A DNA stretch of 64,000 bases, taken from positions 7,477 through 71,476 of the forward strand of contig JYNZ01000002.1 in assembly GCA_001567355.1 (NCBI GenBank). Direction: 5' to 3'. The notes under the pieces are model-generated. The model worked only from the letters and a program-made list of their open reading frames with translations. It had not been told where the DNA came from and ran no database searches. The DNA is from a candidate division WS6 bacterium OLB20 (GTDB taxonomy: Bacteria; Patescibacteriota; Dojkabacteria; B142; OLB20). Below, one piece after another: positions 1 through 10,449 of the stretch (positions within the stretch are counted from its first letter, which is position 1; the number at the start of each line of letters is the position of its first letter). Both the position numbers and the translations under genes were made by a program.

Positions 1-540
1 GCACGCAGTCTGGATGCTCGTCTGGACAGACTGACTGCAGAGCAGCTTGCTGATGAGATTGCCGCTTCTGCTGACGACCATGCGGTATTGCAGCTGGATT
101 ACGAGTCGCTCAGCGAAACCCATACTGAAAACTGGATAAACCTGATGGAACAGCTGCCCCAGGCATTCGAAAAAAGAAATATCAGCTTCAGGTCTCCGTC
201 ACGCCTGATCAGACAGTCGCTGCAGCAAAACACGATCTCCCGTCCGAAACAGAAGTTTCTGGAGAACAGGCTGCAGCAGGAGGCAATTGAGCAGCTGTAT
301 TCGATTGAAAAGCTGATAGCCAGCCTCGAGCAGACATATCGCGATAGAGTTACCAGCAGGCAGATCGCAGGCACATGGCGCAAGCTTCAGACTGCTGACC
401 ATTTCGCCTGGATGGCGACGAGCGGATTTATGGCAGGTGATAGCGGAAACAGCCCGTATGATTCACCTTATGACGCCTATATTAATTACATGAATGTACT
501 GCAGGACTTTACAGCTGAGGTTGAAAAGCTGGCAAAGTGA
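1..540 (+). CDS. hypothetical protein, 5'-truncated at the window edge; paralog of the 4523..5512 product
   Basis: The frame is open from base 1 with no stop until 538-540. It shares the motif LPQAFEKR / FPQALEKR and a FAW-containing block with ORF 4523..5512. Confidence 0.45.
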   Translation, partial: ARSLDARLDRLTAEQLADEIAASADDHAVLQLDYESLSETHTENWINLMEQLPQAFEKRNISFRSPSRLIRQSLQQNTISRPKQKFLENRLQQEAIEQLYSIEKLIASLEQTYRDRVTSRQIAGTWRKLQTADHFAWMATSGFMAGDSGNSPYDSPYDAYINYMNVLQDFTAEVEKLAK

Positions 541-2465
541 GCGTACAACTGCCCATGTACCAGGAGTATCTGATCACCAATGCACGGGGAGCCTATTCTT
601 CAGCAGATCCGCTGTACGGAAACACCCGCAAATACCACGGTCTGCTTGTTGTCCCTGATGCCGGACTTAATCGTTTCTGTGCAGTCAACAGGCTGGAAGA
701 GTGGATAGAGGCCGAAGGAAAACAGTACCCCTTATCGACAAACGTTTATAAAAACGGCGGACTCTATCCGGACGGACGCAAACAGCTGAAACAGTTTGAT
801 CTGGTTACATATCCTGTCTGGACCTATCAGCTGGACGGGATTGAAATCAAAAAGTCGCAGGTCATGCAGCACGGTCACAACAGAGTTGTCGTGCGCTATG
901 GCATCAGCTCCGAGGGAGAGGCAACTCTTAATATCATGCCGTTTGTCACGTGGCGCTCGATGCATGCTGTCCGCAGAATTGAACAGCCAGCTCTGATCCA
1001 GATCCGTGAGGAGGGCAGCATTCTGATCAGGCTTGAAGAAACACATTTTGTCAGAATGCATCTGCATGGTTTCAGATATCTGGAGGATCCTGATGTCTAC
1101 CGGGACTTTTATTACCCGGAAGAGCAGCTGCGAGGATATGATGCGCTTGAGGATCTCATAAAGACAGGACTGTTGCAGGCCAGGGTGCCGGCCGGACATT
1201 CCGAATTCACTCTTGTGTTTGACTACTTCGGAGGTTCTGAAGCACCTGACGAGATGACCCGGCAGCCGTTTACCGACTTCAGCAACCGTCTTCAGCAGCT
1301 GTCTGACAGCTATCACGATGACAACAGTGTTCCCCGGACGCCACTTACCGAGATGCTTGTCAGGCAGACTGATCAGTTTATCCTGTCGACTGCTGCAGGG
1401 CCTTCGGTAATTGCAGGATATCACTGGTTTGAAGACTGGGGGCGCGATACGTTTATCTCCTTTCCGGGACTGTTTATAGCCACGAGACGGTTTGAAGAGG
1501 CACGTGCACTGCTGGTGCGCTGGGCGGGTCTGTTTCGTGAGGGGCTACTGCCCAACAGACCTTTTGTGCAGGATTACAATTCAATTGATGCTGTGTTCTG
1601 GTATGCGGTTGCACTCTGGCGCTACATCCAGGAAACTGATGATCTTAAACTCGTCCGTGAGGTAATGCCGGCACTGGAGAGCGTTATTCATGCAATGGAA
1701 AATGGCACAAACAACATCAGTATTGATGAAGACGGGTTCATTGTGGACCGTAACACGCCGTCAGCTCTCACCTGGATGGATGCCAAAATAGACGGGGTTG
1801 CAGTAACCGACCGGTCAGGCAGGGCGGTTGAGATCCAGGCACTGTGGTACAACTTCCTTAAAATTACCGTACAGCTGAAAGACAGGATAAATGACCAGAC
1901 CCATATGACCCGTGCCAGAGCTCTGACAGCGTCACTTGAGAGGGTTTTTGAAGACACTTTTTTCAACCCGGATACCGGATGTCTCTATGACCGTGTGCTT
2001 GATGACCGGAAAGATCCGGCAATACGCCCAAACCAGGTTATAGCTCTGGCTCTGCCGTTTCTGCTTACCGGCAAGCGCACAGCTAAACGAGTACTTGCAG
2101 TCTGCATGCATGAGTTGCTGACAGACTCCGGCCTGCGAACGCTGTCGCCAAATGACCCTGCCTACAAAGGTGAGTATTCTGGTGACCAGAAGACTCGTGA
2201 CAGTGCCTATCATCAGGGGACCATCTGGCCGTTTCTGCTTGGTCATTACATGACTGCTGTTTTGCAGGTTAATGCCTACTCGAAAAAGTCGCGCAATGAA
2301 GTAGCTGACCTGTTTGACAGGCTTGAGAAAAAGTTGCAGGCGGATGAAGTCCGCTATCTGTCCGAACTCTATGATCCCGCAACAATGAAACCTACGGGTT
2401 GCATTTCGCAGGCCTGGAGTGCAGCAACGATCCTCGACGCGTATCTGATGCTTTACAGCTCATGA
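537..2465 (+). CDS. glycogen debranching enzyme, amylo-alpha-1,6-glucosidase (GDE_C) family
   Basis: 642-aa ORF with a GTG start. It contains GYHWFEDWGRDTFISFPGL and a C-terminal ISQAWSAATILDAY, both characteristic of the archaeal-type GDE catalytic (alpha/alpha)6 domain. Its stop TGA overlaps the next ATG as ATGA. Confidence 0.8.
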   Translation: MSVQLPMYQEYLITNARGAYSSADPLYGNTRKYHGLLVVPDAGLNRFCAVNRLEEWIEAEGKQYPLSTNVYKNGGLYPDGRKQLKQFDLVTYPVWTYQLDGIEIKKSQVMQHGHNRVVVRYGISSEGEATLNIMPFVTWRSMHAVRRIEQPALIQIREEGSILIRLEETHFVRMHLHGFRYLEDPDVYRDFYYPEEQLRGYDALEDLIKTGLLQARVPAGHSEFTLVFDYFGGSEAPDEMTRQPFTDFSNRLQQLSDSYHDDNSVPRTPLTEMLVRQTDQFILSTAAGPSVIAGYHWFEDWGRDTFISFPGLFIATRRFEEARALLVRWAGLFREGLLPNRPFVQDYNSIDAVFWYAVALWRYIQETDDLKLVREVMPALESVIHAMENGTNNISIDEDGFIVDRNTPSALTWMDAKIDGVAVTDRSGRAVEIQALWYNFLKITVQLKDRINDQTHMTRARALTASLERVFEDTFFNPDTGCLYDRVLDDRKDPAIRPNQVIALALPFLLTGKRTAKRVLAVCMHELLTDSGLRTLSPNDPAYKGEYSGDQKTRDSAYHQGTIWPFLLGHYMTAVLQVNAYSKKSRNEVADLFDRLEKKLQADEVRYLSELYDPATMKPTGCISQAWSAATILDAYLMLYSS

Positions 2466-4495
2466 GCACGGCACTTGTTTACGGAAACGGCAGCATGCTT
2501 GTAAATGTAAATAACAGGCTCAACATCGCCGACCTTTACTGGCCGTATGTCGGTCAGGAGAATCACCTGAACGAGGTACCGAATCAGATGTTTCTGCGGA
2601 TTGATGGAACGCTGGATATGCTGACAGACTGGGAGATAAGCCCTGCATATACTGAGGACTCACTTGTCGGTAAAAGTTCGGCTCGCAGCGTTTTTCGCAA
2701 GCTCATGTTTAGTCTTCGCGAGGCAGTGCTTCCTGACAAGCAGGTGTTTCTCAGGGAGTATTCATTTACAAATTCGGCGGATTATACGCGTGAAGTGTAC
2801 CTCTATGTGAAGAATAACTTCCGTCTGATGGAAGGTGACATCGGAGACACCGCACTCTGGTATCCAAAGGCAGGCGCGCTTGTCCACTACAAAAAGAACA
2901 GGTATCTGGCAGTCGGTTCATCAGGTGTTCTGCATCAGTTTACCTGCGCATCGCCGCTTGATAACAGTGGCAGGGGAGCGTTTCCGGATACCGAGGGGCA
3001 GCTTGCTTATAATCCGGTGGCAACCGGAGAAGTCGAATCCTGCCTGTCAGTCAAACTGACGATCGCTCCCGGGGAAAGAGTAACTGCAGACTTTTTTCAT
3101 TGCAGCCGGTTATTGCTTTGACGATGTTGAGCAGGAGGCGGCGGAAGTAAGACATGAAGGTGTCAGCAGCCTTCTTGATTCGGCCGATCTTTACTGGCGC
3201 AACTGGGTACGCAGCAAAATCGGCAGCTATGCAGACAAGACACCACAGATATTTGATGATGATGAGCGCAATCAGAAGCTGTTCTCACTGTTCAAACGTT
3301 CTCTCCTTACAATCAGGACACAGTTTGACAATGATGGAGCAATCATCGCTGCGAACGACTCTTCGTTTGTTAAAGCGGGCGGCAAGGATTCATATTCATA
3401 TTTCTGGCCCCGTGACGGAGCACTTGTTGCCTCGGCACTGATAGATGCCGGCTATGGTGATCTGGTTAAAAAGTTTTTCAGATTCTGCAAGGGCATTATC
3501 AGTTCTGACGGGTATATCCTGCACAAGTATCATCCACGGTTTAAGGACGGACTGGCCTCAAGCTGGCACCCGTGGATAGACAAAGGGGGCAACCTGCAGC
3601 TCCCGATTCAAGAGGACGAGACCGCGCTTATTCTGTTTGCACTCTGGAAACACTACGAACGATTTGGTGATCAGGAGTTTCTGAACGAGCTGTACGATGC
3701 CTTTGTCCTCCCTGCCGCTGATTTTCTCTGCAGCTACCGCTATACGACAGAAGATTCACCGGCCTCAATACTGGAACATGTTGGCGGCTTTGCCAGAGCG
3801 GATCAGACCAATCCAATTGATAAAGACCTTAAGGGCACAGCATTGCCCCGGCCAGGTTTTGATATCTGGGAAGTCGAGCGTGGAGTGCATACCTATACTG
3901 TTGCTGCTGTGTATGCCGGGTTGCTTGCATCTGCCCATCTGGCCAAGCATCACGGGGATACGGATCACTCCAGACTGTACCGTCGCACTGCTCAGGATGT
4001 GGCTCAGGCTGCACGGGATCATCTGATCGATAAAAACACCGGACTTCTTATACGCAGTATCACCTGCGATCCGCTTGAAGAGAACTGCAGTATTGATCTC
4101 ACCATGGATGCCTCGCTTATGTATGTCTGGCGGCTGGGACTGCTGCCGGCAGACGATCCCGTGATGGAAGCTACTGTTAATACGATTGAGGAGCGACTCT
4201 GGATAGATAGCGCTGTCGGTGGAATTGCAAGGAAAGAAAATGACTGGTATCACAGGCTGATCATTCTCTACCAGGAAATCCATGGTTCATATCAACACTC
4301 TGGCTTGCACAATACTGGATCAGCCGCGGGGAGTCACAGAGAGCACAAAAGTACCTGGGCTGGGTACTTGATCATGCTGACGAAACGGGACTCATGGCTG
4401 AACAGGCGGACCCTCATCACGGCACAGCCTTATCGGTAAAGCCGCTGACATGGTCACACGCTGAGCTTGTTTCAACTGTTGCTATGCTTCTCTGA
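2462..4495 (+). CDS. GH15 glucoamylase (glucan 1,4-alpha-glucosidase); reading frame broken twice (frameshifted, so pseudogene or sequencing error)
   Basis: Three collinear frame segments together read as one GH15 protein. Frame 2 (2462-3121) is the N-terminal beta-sandwich domain (GNGSMLVNVNN...). Frame 3 (3084-~4270) gives FFIAAGY, SADLYWRNW, YSYFWPRDGA, FDIWEVERG and ENDWYHRL. Frame 2 (4244-4495) gives GNPWFISTLWLAQYW...PLTWSHAELV. Break 1 lies in a T6 run at 3092-3097; removing one T restores DFFIAAGY. Break 2 lies near 4262-4270. Confidence 0.75.
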
Positions 4496-4522
4496 GGATA
4501 GATGGTGATATAATCACTATCT

Positions 4523-5512
4523 ATGGAACGTCTCTTTACCTACGAATCCAATGTGAGGCTGCTCGGTTTTGCCGAGATGATGGCGCTGTTCCCGCAGGCT
4601 CTGGAAAAACGACCTGACCGGCAGCTTTACGATGGTCCTGCGCGGCCGTATTTCCCGGCAAACGAACCGGGACATGTGTATTCTCCCGATTACTCCGTAA
4701 AAACAAGGTTTAATCCCGAAACCGGTCAGTATCACTGTGTACGCCAGTTGCTTGGAGTGTTCAACGAATCTGTGCTTGCAGCAGACCGTTCAAAAATTGC
4801 TGCATTGTATGAGTCAAATCCATTCGGTCTCGACTCCCAGAAGCGGTTCGGTTTTGCATGGTCCAGGTATCTCTATGACGTGAGTGTTGATTTTGCTTTG
4901 CAGTATCCGCGGATGCTGCCGGGCTACTTTGAAGTAATGCGCCTGTCTGGTGCAAACGGGATGATGACACTTGCAGATGCCGGCTCAAGTTACTTCCGGG
5001 AGGAGTTGAAAGGAGAGGAAGACAGTGTCACAACAGAGTCGATGACCAGTGCAGTTGATGACTACCTGTCTTCATTTTTCCACCAGAGGCGTTACAGGGA
5101 TTTTATCAGGGATAAATCTGGTGTACGTAAATATGAGATCTACTGCCTGGGCAGGGGCACAGCAGCCGATGGTATGCGAATCTCAGGACAGAGTGCACTG
5201 GCAGCAGGTCCCGAAATTGCAGCTGATGCCTACGAAACTTTTAACGAATATTCCCAGATCCATATTGTCAGGGTGCTGGAGCTGCTTCTCGCAGCAGGAG
5301 TTGAATCCTCTGACAAATCAGATGAAACCCTTCTGGGAGTGTATACAGCAAAGCTCGCTTCTGAAGGGACAGCAGCTGCTTCAATACTGGCAGACAAACA
5401 TGCATTTGCAGATCACGTCGTTGCCCGGCGAAAAGACCCGAACTGGTCCGTTGCAGGTCAGCAAAATGCCGAGCTGGTCCATCTGTCCTCTCTGGCGAGG
5501 TATGGTGTCTAA
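4523..5512 (+). CDS. hypothetical protein (paralog of the truncated ORF at 1..540)
   Basis: 329-aa ORF with no recognisable domain. It shares N-terminal FPQALEKR and RFGFAWSRY blocks with ORF 1..540. A TATAAT box at 4509-4514 sits 8 nt upstream of the ATG. Confidence 0.5.
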   Translation: MERLFTYESNVRLLGFAEMMALFPQALEKRPDRQLYDGPARPYFPANEPGHVYSPDYSVKTRFNPETGQYHCVRQLLGVFNESVLAADRSKIAALYESNPFGLDSQKRFGFAWSRYLYDVSVDFALQYPRMLPGYFEVMRLSGANGMMTLADAGSSYFREELKGEEDSVTTESMTSAVDDYLSSFFHQRRYRDFIRDKSGVRKYEIYCLGRGTAADGMRISGQSALAAGPEIAADAYETFNEYSQIHIVRVLELLLAAGVESSDKSDETLLGVYTAKLASEGTAAASILADKHAFADHVVARRKDPNWSVAGQQNAELVHLSSLARYGV

Positions 5513-6953
5513 AGCTTGTGCAGATTTAGTACGGTAAGCTTTCCACGCGTCATCAGTTCCAGGGTCTCAATTGTACCCTGCATCAGCTGACCCGAGTCTT
5601 TGACTCCACCAAACGGAAAATTGTCAGGTCCCCGGTCCGGTCTGCCGTTGATCTGGACCGTCCCTACTTCAAGCTTATCAGCAATACGGAACGCCTCTTC
5701 TATATCCTGAGTGTAAATGCTTGCCTGCAGGCCATACGCAAGATTACTGTGATAGGCTAGCGCCATTTCCTCATCCTTGACGCGTGTTACCGGCAGAACC
5801 GGTCCGAACTGTTCCTCTGAGAAGATGCGCATTTCCGGGGTGACCCTGTCGAGGATATTGGCTGCAATATGGTTGCCATTGCGCTCACCTTTAACTATGT
5901 GTGATGCTCCTTTAGAATTTGCGTCATCCAGAAGCTCTGTGATGTAGTCTGCCGCTTTTGAGTCGATCATCGGATTGAGCTCCAGACCTGCGGCTTTTTC
6001 TTGCAGTTTTTCAACCAGCTGATCAGCGACGCTTTCGTATACAAGGACAAGTTTCTGAGCGGTGCAGCGCTGACCGCAGTACGAAAACCCTCCTGAGATG
6101 ATCTCGCTGGCTGCCATTTCAAGATCGGCATGGCTGGTAACAATGGCGGTATCCTTGCCGCCGAGCTCGAGCAGAAGCGGAATTCCCTGAGAAACTTCTG
6201 CAAGATGTCTGCCGACTGCTGTGCTACCGGTGAATGCGATCAGTTTTACACGCTGGTCACTGGTCATCGGGTCGCCAATCTCGCGAGAGCTGCCGGTAAC
6301 GATGTTAAACACTCCTGCCGGGAAACCTGCATTGGCAAAATGTCTGTAAAATGCTATCGCGCTTACAGAGCCCTGTGTTGCCGGTTTAAATACAACAGTA
6401 TTGCCTGCAAGCAGCGCAGGAGCAATCTTTGTAATCGACAGATTAAGCGGGTAATTAAACGAAGATATGGCAAGAACCACTCCCAGTGGTTCGCGTGAAT
6501 AATATCCGGTTTTCGCCCGCGCTCAAACTGACCGGTGACGTCCCCGGCATAAATGCTTCCTTTCATATGCCTGAGGGCCTCAATGGCAAGTTCCGCATAA
6601 CCGAGTGAACGTTCAAATTCTGACTCTGCTGCATCGTCATGTTTTCCGATCTCCCTGCCAAGCAGTGAAACAATCCTTGGCTTGTCAGCACGGATCAGAT
6701 CTATCGCCTTGCGCATCATCTCTACGCGACCCGCTACGGATGTCCTGCGCCAGGTGGTAAAGGCGTGGTCAGCAGCTTCAATCGCTGACAGCGCCTGTTC
6801 CTTTGTCGCGGCCTGTACTGTACCGCAGACAGTGTCATCCCACGGAGAGTAGATATCAATCGTTTCTCCCGATCCCGAATCGACCCATTCATTATTTATC
6901 AGCAGTCTGCTCTGATCCATAATTACTCTCCTAATATAGCTACATACTAACAA
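5509..6953 (-). CDS. gapN: NADP-dependent non-phosphorylating glyceraldehyde-3-phosphate dehydrogenase (GapN, ALDH superfamily); frameshifted near 6485-6500
   Basis: The two ORFs 6363..6953 and 5509..6480 are collinear halves of one protein. REPLGVVLAISSFNYPLNLSITKIAPALLAGN...ELGGKD closely matches GapN (FNYPVNLAGSKIAPALIAGN). The N-terminal frame ends in HANHWEWFLP while the shifted frame reads REPLGVV, indicating a 1-nt indel. Confidence 0.7.
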
Positions 6954-7032
6954 CTGGCCATGCGAGCAACAAGCAGCACTTATAATGTTGCAGTAATTTT
7001 GCTACAGTTTACCTGTAACAACTCACTGCCTG

Positions 7033-10000
7033 ATGAACACACAAAACGTATTTCATGCATACGACGTCAGAGGAATTGTTCCCGACGAACTGAATGCATC
7101 ACTGGTATACAAAATCGCACATGCGTACTTCTCACTTGTAGACGGGCAACGCTATATCATCGGATATGACATGCGTGAGACTTCTGCTGACCTGTTTACT
7201 GCATTTGTCAGAGCAGCGCATGATCTTGGTAAAGAGATTGAATCTGTCGGTATGGTGACGACAGACATGCTTTACTTTGCGCTTGGCAGATATGAGTACG
7301 ATGGCGGGATCATGATCACTGCTTCGCATAACCCCAAGATTTATAACGGTATTAAGATGATGGCCAGGGGAGTGGTGCCGGTATCGATGCAGGAACTGAA
7401 AGAACGATTTGATTCAGTAAGCGTCGAAGTCCCTCATGATCTGCTTGAGCGTAAGGCCGATATACCCGTAAAGCAAAGCAGCAGTGACTACGTCGATCAT
7501 GTACTTGGATGTGTGGATATCAATGCTATTCCTCCTCTTAAGGTCGTTGTCGACGCAGGCAACGGCATGGGCGGTCTCAATGCCAGAAAGGTGCTGGAAC
7601 GGCTTCCGTCGGTTGAGGTAATCGAAATGTACTTCGAACCGAATGCCAACTTCCCTCATCACGAGGCTAATCCCGTGATACGATCAAACACAAAAGAACT
7701 TGGTCAGATGGTTGTTGCAGAACGTGCTGATCTCGGTATCGCTTATGATGGCGATGGAGACCGCTGTCTGTTTGTTGATTCCAAGGGTGAGTATGTTCCG
7801 GGTCACCTGATGGTTGCTCTGTTTGCCCGCTACTATATGCAAAAGGAACAGGGTGCCAGGATAGCCTACGAGCACCGGAATGTCTATGCGATTCAACATG
7901 AAATCCGCGAAATGGGTGGAGAGGGAGTGCCTGTTCGCGCAGGACATTCGTTTTTCAAAGAGCGAATGCACAACGACGGGATAATCTTCGGCGGCGAGAG
8001 CAGCGCACATTATTATTTCCGGGATACCTATTTTGCAGATAACGGTGTGCTGCCGTTTCTGATTCTGTTTGAGATGCTTGGTAACTACCAGACAACATTG
8101 CGGGAACTATTGAGCTACTACCGCGAAAACTTTTTTGCGAGCGGGGAGCTTAACTTTATGCTCAATGAGGGCACAGACCCGGCTCATGTGAAAGATGCGT
8201 TTCATGCAGAGCTGCATCCGGTCCGCGATGAAGAACCGGACGGACTTGTGATGGAATTTGACAACTGGCGCTTTAATGCCCGCATGTCAAATACAGAGCC
8301 GGTTATGCGCATTAATATTGAGGCGCTTGCCTCTGACCAGCTTGATGAATCAATCCTCACGATCCACGAGATAATGAGTTCATTCGGAACATTTCTGGGT
8401 GATGGATCAGCCAGATCAGCAGATGAACTGAAAATTACAGCCAAGGACAGGTTTGAGATGCTGCTTGATAATCTCTGGTATACATGGAATCCGCATTACA
8501 TCCTGCCGATCGTGGATCTGTATGGTGACGGCTGGCGAAAAAATTCTCCGCCGGGCGAGTTCAGTTCACAGTACGGTATCAAAAAACTGTCACAGGTTCT
8601 TGATGACAAATCGTGGGAAATTGAGCAGAATGTCCGCCTGTTTGAAGCATATATGGATGAATCGCTGCCGACATGGTTCAGCAGATTTATCTCTGAGGAT
8701 CAAAACGGTGTATTTCGCATTCTGAAAGAAAAGCCTGTTGCCTACTTCAGTCTCGAGTACGGGCTTGTCGACTGGCTGCAGATCTATTCTGGCGGACTTG
8801 GGGTACTTGCCGGAGATTTCATCAAGGAGGCAAGTGACATGGGAATTCCGTTTGCCGCAGTAGGTATCTTTTATCACCAGGGCTACTTTCATCAGGATTT
8901 TGACGGGAACGGCCTTCAACAGGAGACGTACATCGAACAGCGACCAGAAGAGTATCCGCTTGAGCTTGTTACAGATGATGAAGGGAAGCCGCTGACCGGA
9001 GAGATTGAGATTATAGATCACCCTGTTTACTTCAGGGCCTGGAAGCTGCATGTCGGCAAAACACCTCTGTACCTTCTCGATACAAATTTTGAGAAAAACG
9101 AACGTCAGGAAGACCGCATGATTACTGCGCATCTCTATGGCGGTGATCAGGACACAAGGATCAGGCAGGAGATACTGCTTGGTATCGGTGGACCCCGTCT
9201 GCTTGAGCGACTTGGTATCAAGCCGGCTCTCTACCATATGAACGAAGGACACTCAGGTTTTCTGGTACTCGAGATTGCCCGCCAGTTCATCGAAGGCGAG
9301 GGCAAAAGTTTTGATGAGGCGATCGCCATGGTTGATGAACGTCTTGTCTTCACCAATCACACGTTAAAACAGGCGGGTAACGATATTTTCAGCTATGAAT
9401 TGATGGAGCGCTACTTCGGTACCTACCTTGATAACCTGCATACCGATATGGGCAGGGTGTTTGAGCTGGGTAAAGACGATCTCTATGCTCATGGCGACTT
9501 CTCAATGACAGTTCTTGGTTTGCGCAACGCTAAAATCTCAAATGCAGTAAGTCTTCTGCATGGTGAGGCGGCAAAACGTCTCTGGCCCGACTTCGGGCTT
9601 GTACCTGTTACAAATGGTGTACACATGCCCACCTGGGTTTCGCCCGAGATACATGCACTGCTGGACAAGTATGTCGGCGAGGACTGGCATTTTCCGGGTC
9701 GAACGGTGGATTATGAAAAAGTGCAGCAGATTCCTGACGACGAATTATGGGAGACGCATCTCGAACGCAAAAATAAACTGATTACCACACTGAATAACGA
9801 ACTTGCACTGGAGCTTGATCCGGAGGCGCTGACTATTGCATGGTCACGCAGGCTTACATCCTACAAACGGCCGGACATGATTGTCTCTGATCTGGAGCGT
9901 CTGAAGCAGCTGGTTCAGACTGCAGGTAAGCCGGTGCAGATCCTGATTGCCGGTAAAGCACATCCCCGTGACGGTATCGGTAAGGATCTGCTGCAGAAGA

Positions 10001-10449
10001 TGAACCAGAGTGTATCTCAGCCGGAGTTCCGCAACCGGGTCGTAGTTGTACCGGGATACAACTGGCAGCTTGCGCGCAGGATGGTCTCAGGAGCCGATGT
10101 CTGGCTTAACACTCCGTACCGCTTTGAAGAGGCATCAGGAACGAGTGGCATGAAAGCGGCAGCAAACGGTGTTCTACAGCTTACAACTAAAGATGGCTGG
10201 ACTGATGAGGTGGACTGGTTCCAGAAAGGCTGGCTGATTTCTGAAGAAAATCCTGTTGACTCGCTGCACGATACGCTGGAATATAAGATTATACCGCTTT
10301 ACTTTGACCATAACGGAAGCGGCTACAACGAAGACTGGCTGCAGATGATGAAAAATACAATGCAGACGGTTCTTGAGCATTACAGTACTGTACGCATGAT
10401 GAAGCAGTATCTGGATCTTATTTATAAACCGGTACTTGATGGACTCTAG
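7033..10449 (+). CDS. fusion protein: phosphoglucomutase/phosphomannomutase (N-terminal ~455 aa) joined to an alpha-glucan (glycogen/maltodextrin) phosphorylase with a DUF3417-type N-terminus (C-terminal ~680 aa)
   Basis: The N-terminal half carries the PGM/PMM active-site loop TASHNPKIYNGIKM and the C-terminal EIMSSFGTF. The C-terminal half carries LLDNLWYTWNP (the DUF3417 start), AYFSLEYGL...YSGGLGVLAGD, and the PLP-site motif EEASGTSGMKAAANG. A single uninterrupted frame of 1138 aa runs through both halves. Confidence 0.8.
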   Translation: MNTQNVFHAYDVRGIVPDELNASLVYKIAHAYFSLVDGQRYIIGYDMRETSADLFTAFVRAAHDLGKEIESVGMVTTDMLYFALGRYEYDGGIMITASHNPKIYNGIKMMARGVVPVSMQELKERFDSVSVEVPHDLLERKADIPVKQSSSDYVDHVLGCVDINAIPPLKVVVDAGNGMGGLNARKVLERLPSVEVIEMYFEPNANFPHHEANPVIRSNTKELGQMVVAERADLGIAYDGDGDRCLFVDSKGEYVPGHLMVALFARYYMQKEQGARIAYEHRNVYAIQHEIREMGGEGVPVRAGHSFFKERMHNDGIIFGGESSAHYYFRDTYFADNGVLPFLILFEMLGNYQTTLRELLSYYRENFFASGELNFMLNEGTDPAHVKDAFHAELHPVRDEEPDGLVMEFDNWRFNARMSNTEPVMRINIEALASDQLDESILTIHEIMSSFGTFLGDGSARSADELKITAKDRFEMLLDNLWYTWNPHYILPIVDLYGDGWRKNSPPGEFSSQYGIKKLSQVLDDKSWEIEQNVRLFEAYMDESLPTWFSRFISEDQNGVFRILKEKPVAYFSLEYGLVDWLQIYSGGLGVLAGDFIKEASDMGIPFAAVGIFYHQGYFHQDFDGNGLQQETYIEQRPEEYPLELVTDDEGKPLTGEIEIIDHPVYFRAWKLHVGKTPLYLLDTNFEKNERQEDRMITAHLYGGDQDTRIRQEILLGIGGPRLLERLGIKPALYHMNEGHSGFLVLEIARQFIEGEGKSFDEAIAMVDERLVFTNHTLKQAGNDIFSYELMERYFGTYLDNLHTDMGRVFELGKDDLYAHGDFSMTVLGLRNAKISNAVSLLHGEAAKRLWPDFGLVPVTNGVHMPTWVSPEIHALLDKYVGEDWHFPGRTVDYEKVQQIPDDELWETHLERKNKLITTLNNELALELDPEALTIAWSRRLTSYKRPDMIVSDLERLKQLVQTAGKPVQILIAGKAHPRDGIGKDLLQKMNQSVSQPEFRNRVVVVPGYNWQLARRMVSGADVWLNTPYRFEEASGTSGMKAAANGVLQLTTKDGWTDEVDWFQKGWLISEENPVDSLHDTLEYKIIPLYFDHNGSGYNEDWLQMMKNTMQTVLEHYSTVRMMKQYLDLIYKPVLDGL

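Noticed and set aside
732-1424. 230-aa ORF on the minus strand inside the debranching-enzyme gene (similar antisense ORFs occur at 7684..8010, 8590..9252, 11572..11967, 31665..32207 and 42539..42847)
   Set aside because: Each lies fully inside a well-supported conserved gene on the opposite strand. None has a recognisable motif. All have odd composition (Cys/Arg/Ser-rich), typical of spurious antisense frames.
2399-3441. Separate ORFs 2399..3121, 3154..3441 and 3843..4439 from the six-frame track, considered as independent genes
   Set aside because: 2399..3121, an unlisted frame-3 stretch 3084-~4270 (whose C-terminal part the track reports as 3843..4439), and a frame-2 tail to 4495 are collinear pieces of one GH15 glucoamylase. 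3154..3441 is an out-of-frame overlap.
6960-7169. 69-aa plus-strand ORF spanning the gapN and pgm-phosphorylase intergenic region
   Set aside because: It overlaps the promoter region (TATAAT at 6981-86) and the first 45 codons of the conserved fusion gene in another frame. It has a non-ATG start and no supporting signal.
7033-10449. PGM-phosphorylase fusion as an artefact of a lost stop codon
   Set aside because: Not rejected outright. It is retained as a feature because both domains are complete and in frame across a plausible linker. Given the indel errors elsewhere, it is flagged for read-level verification.
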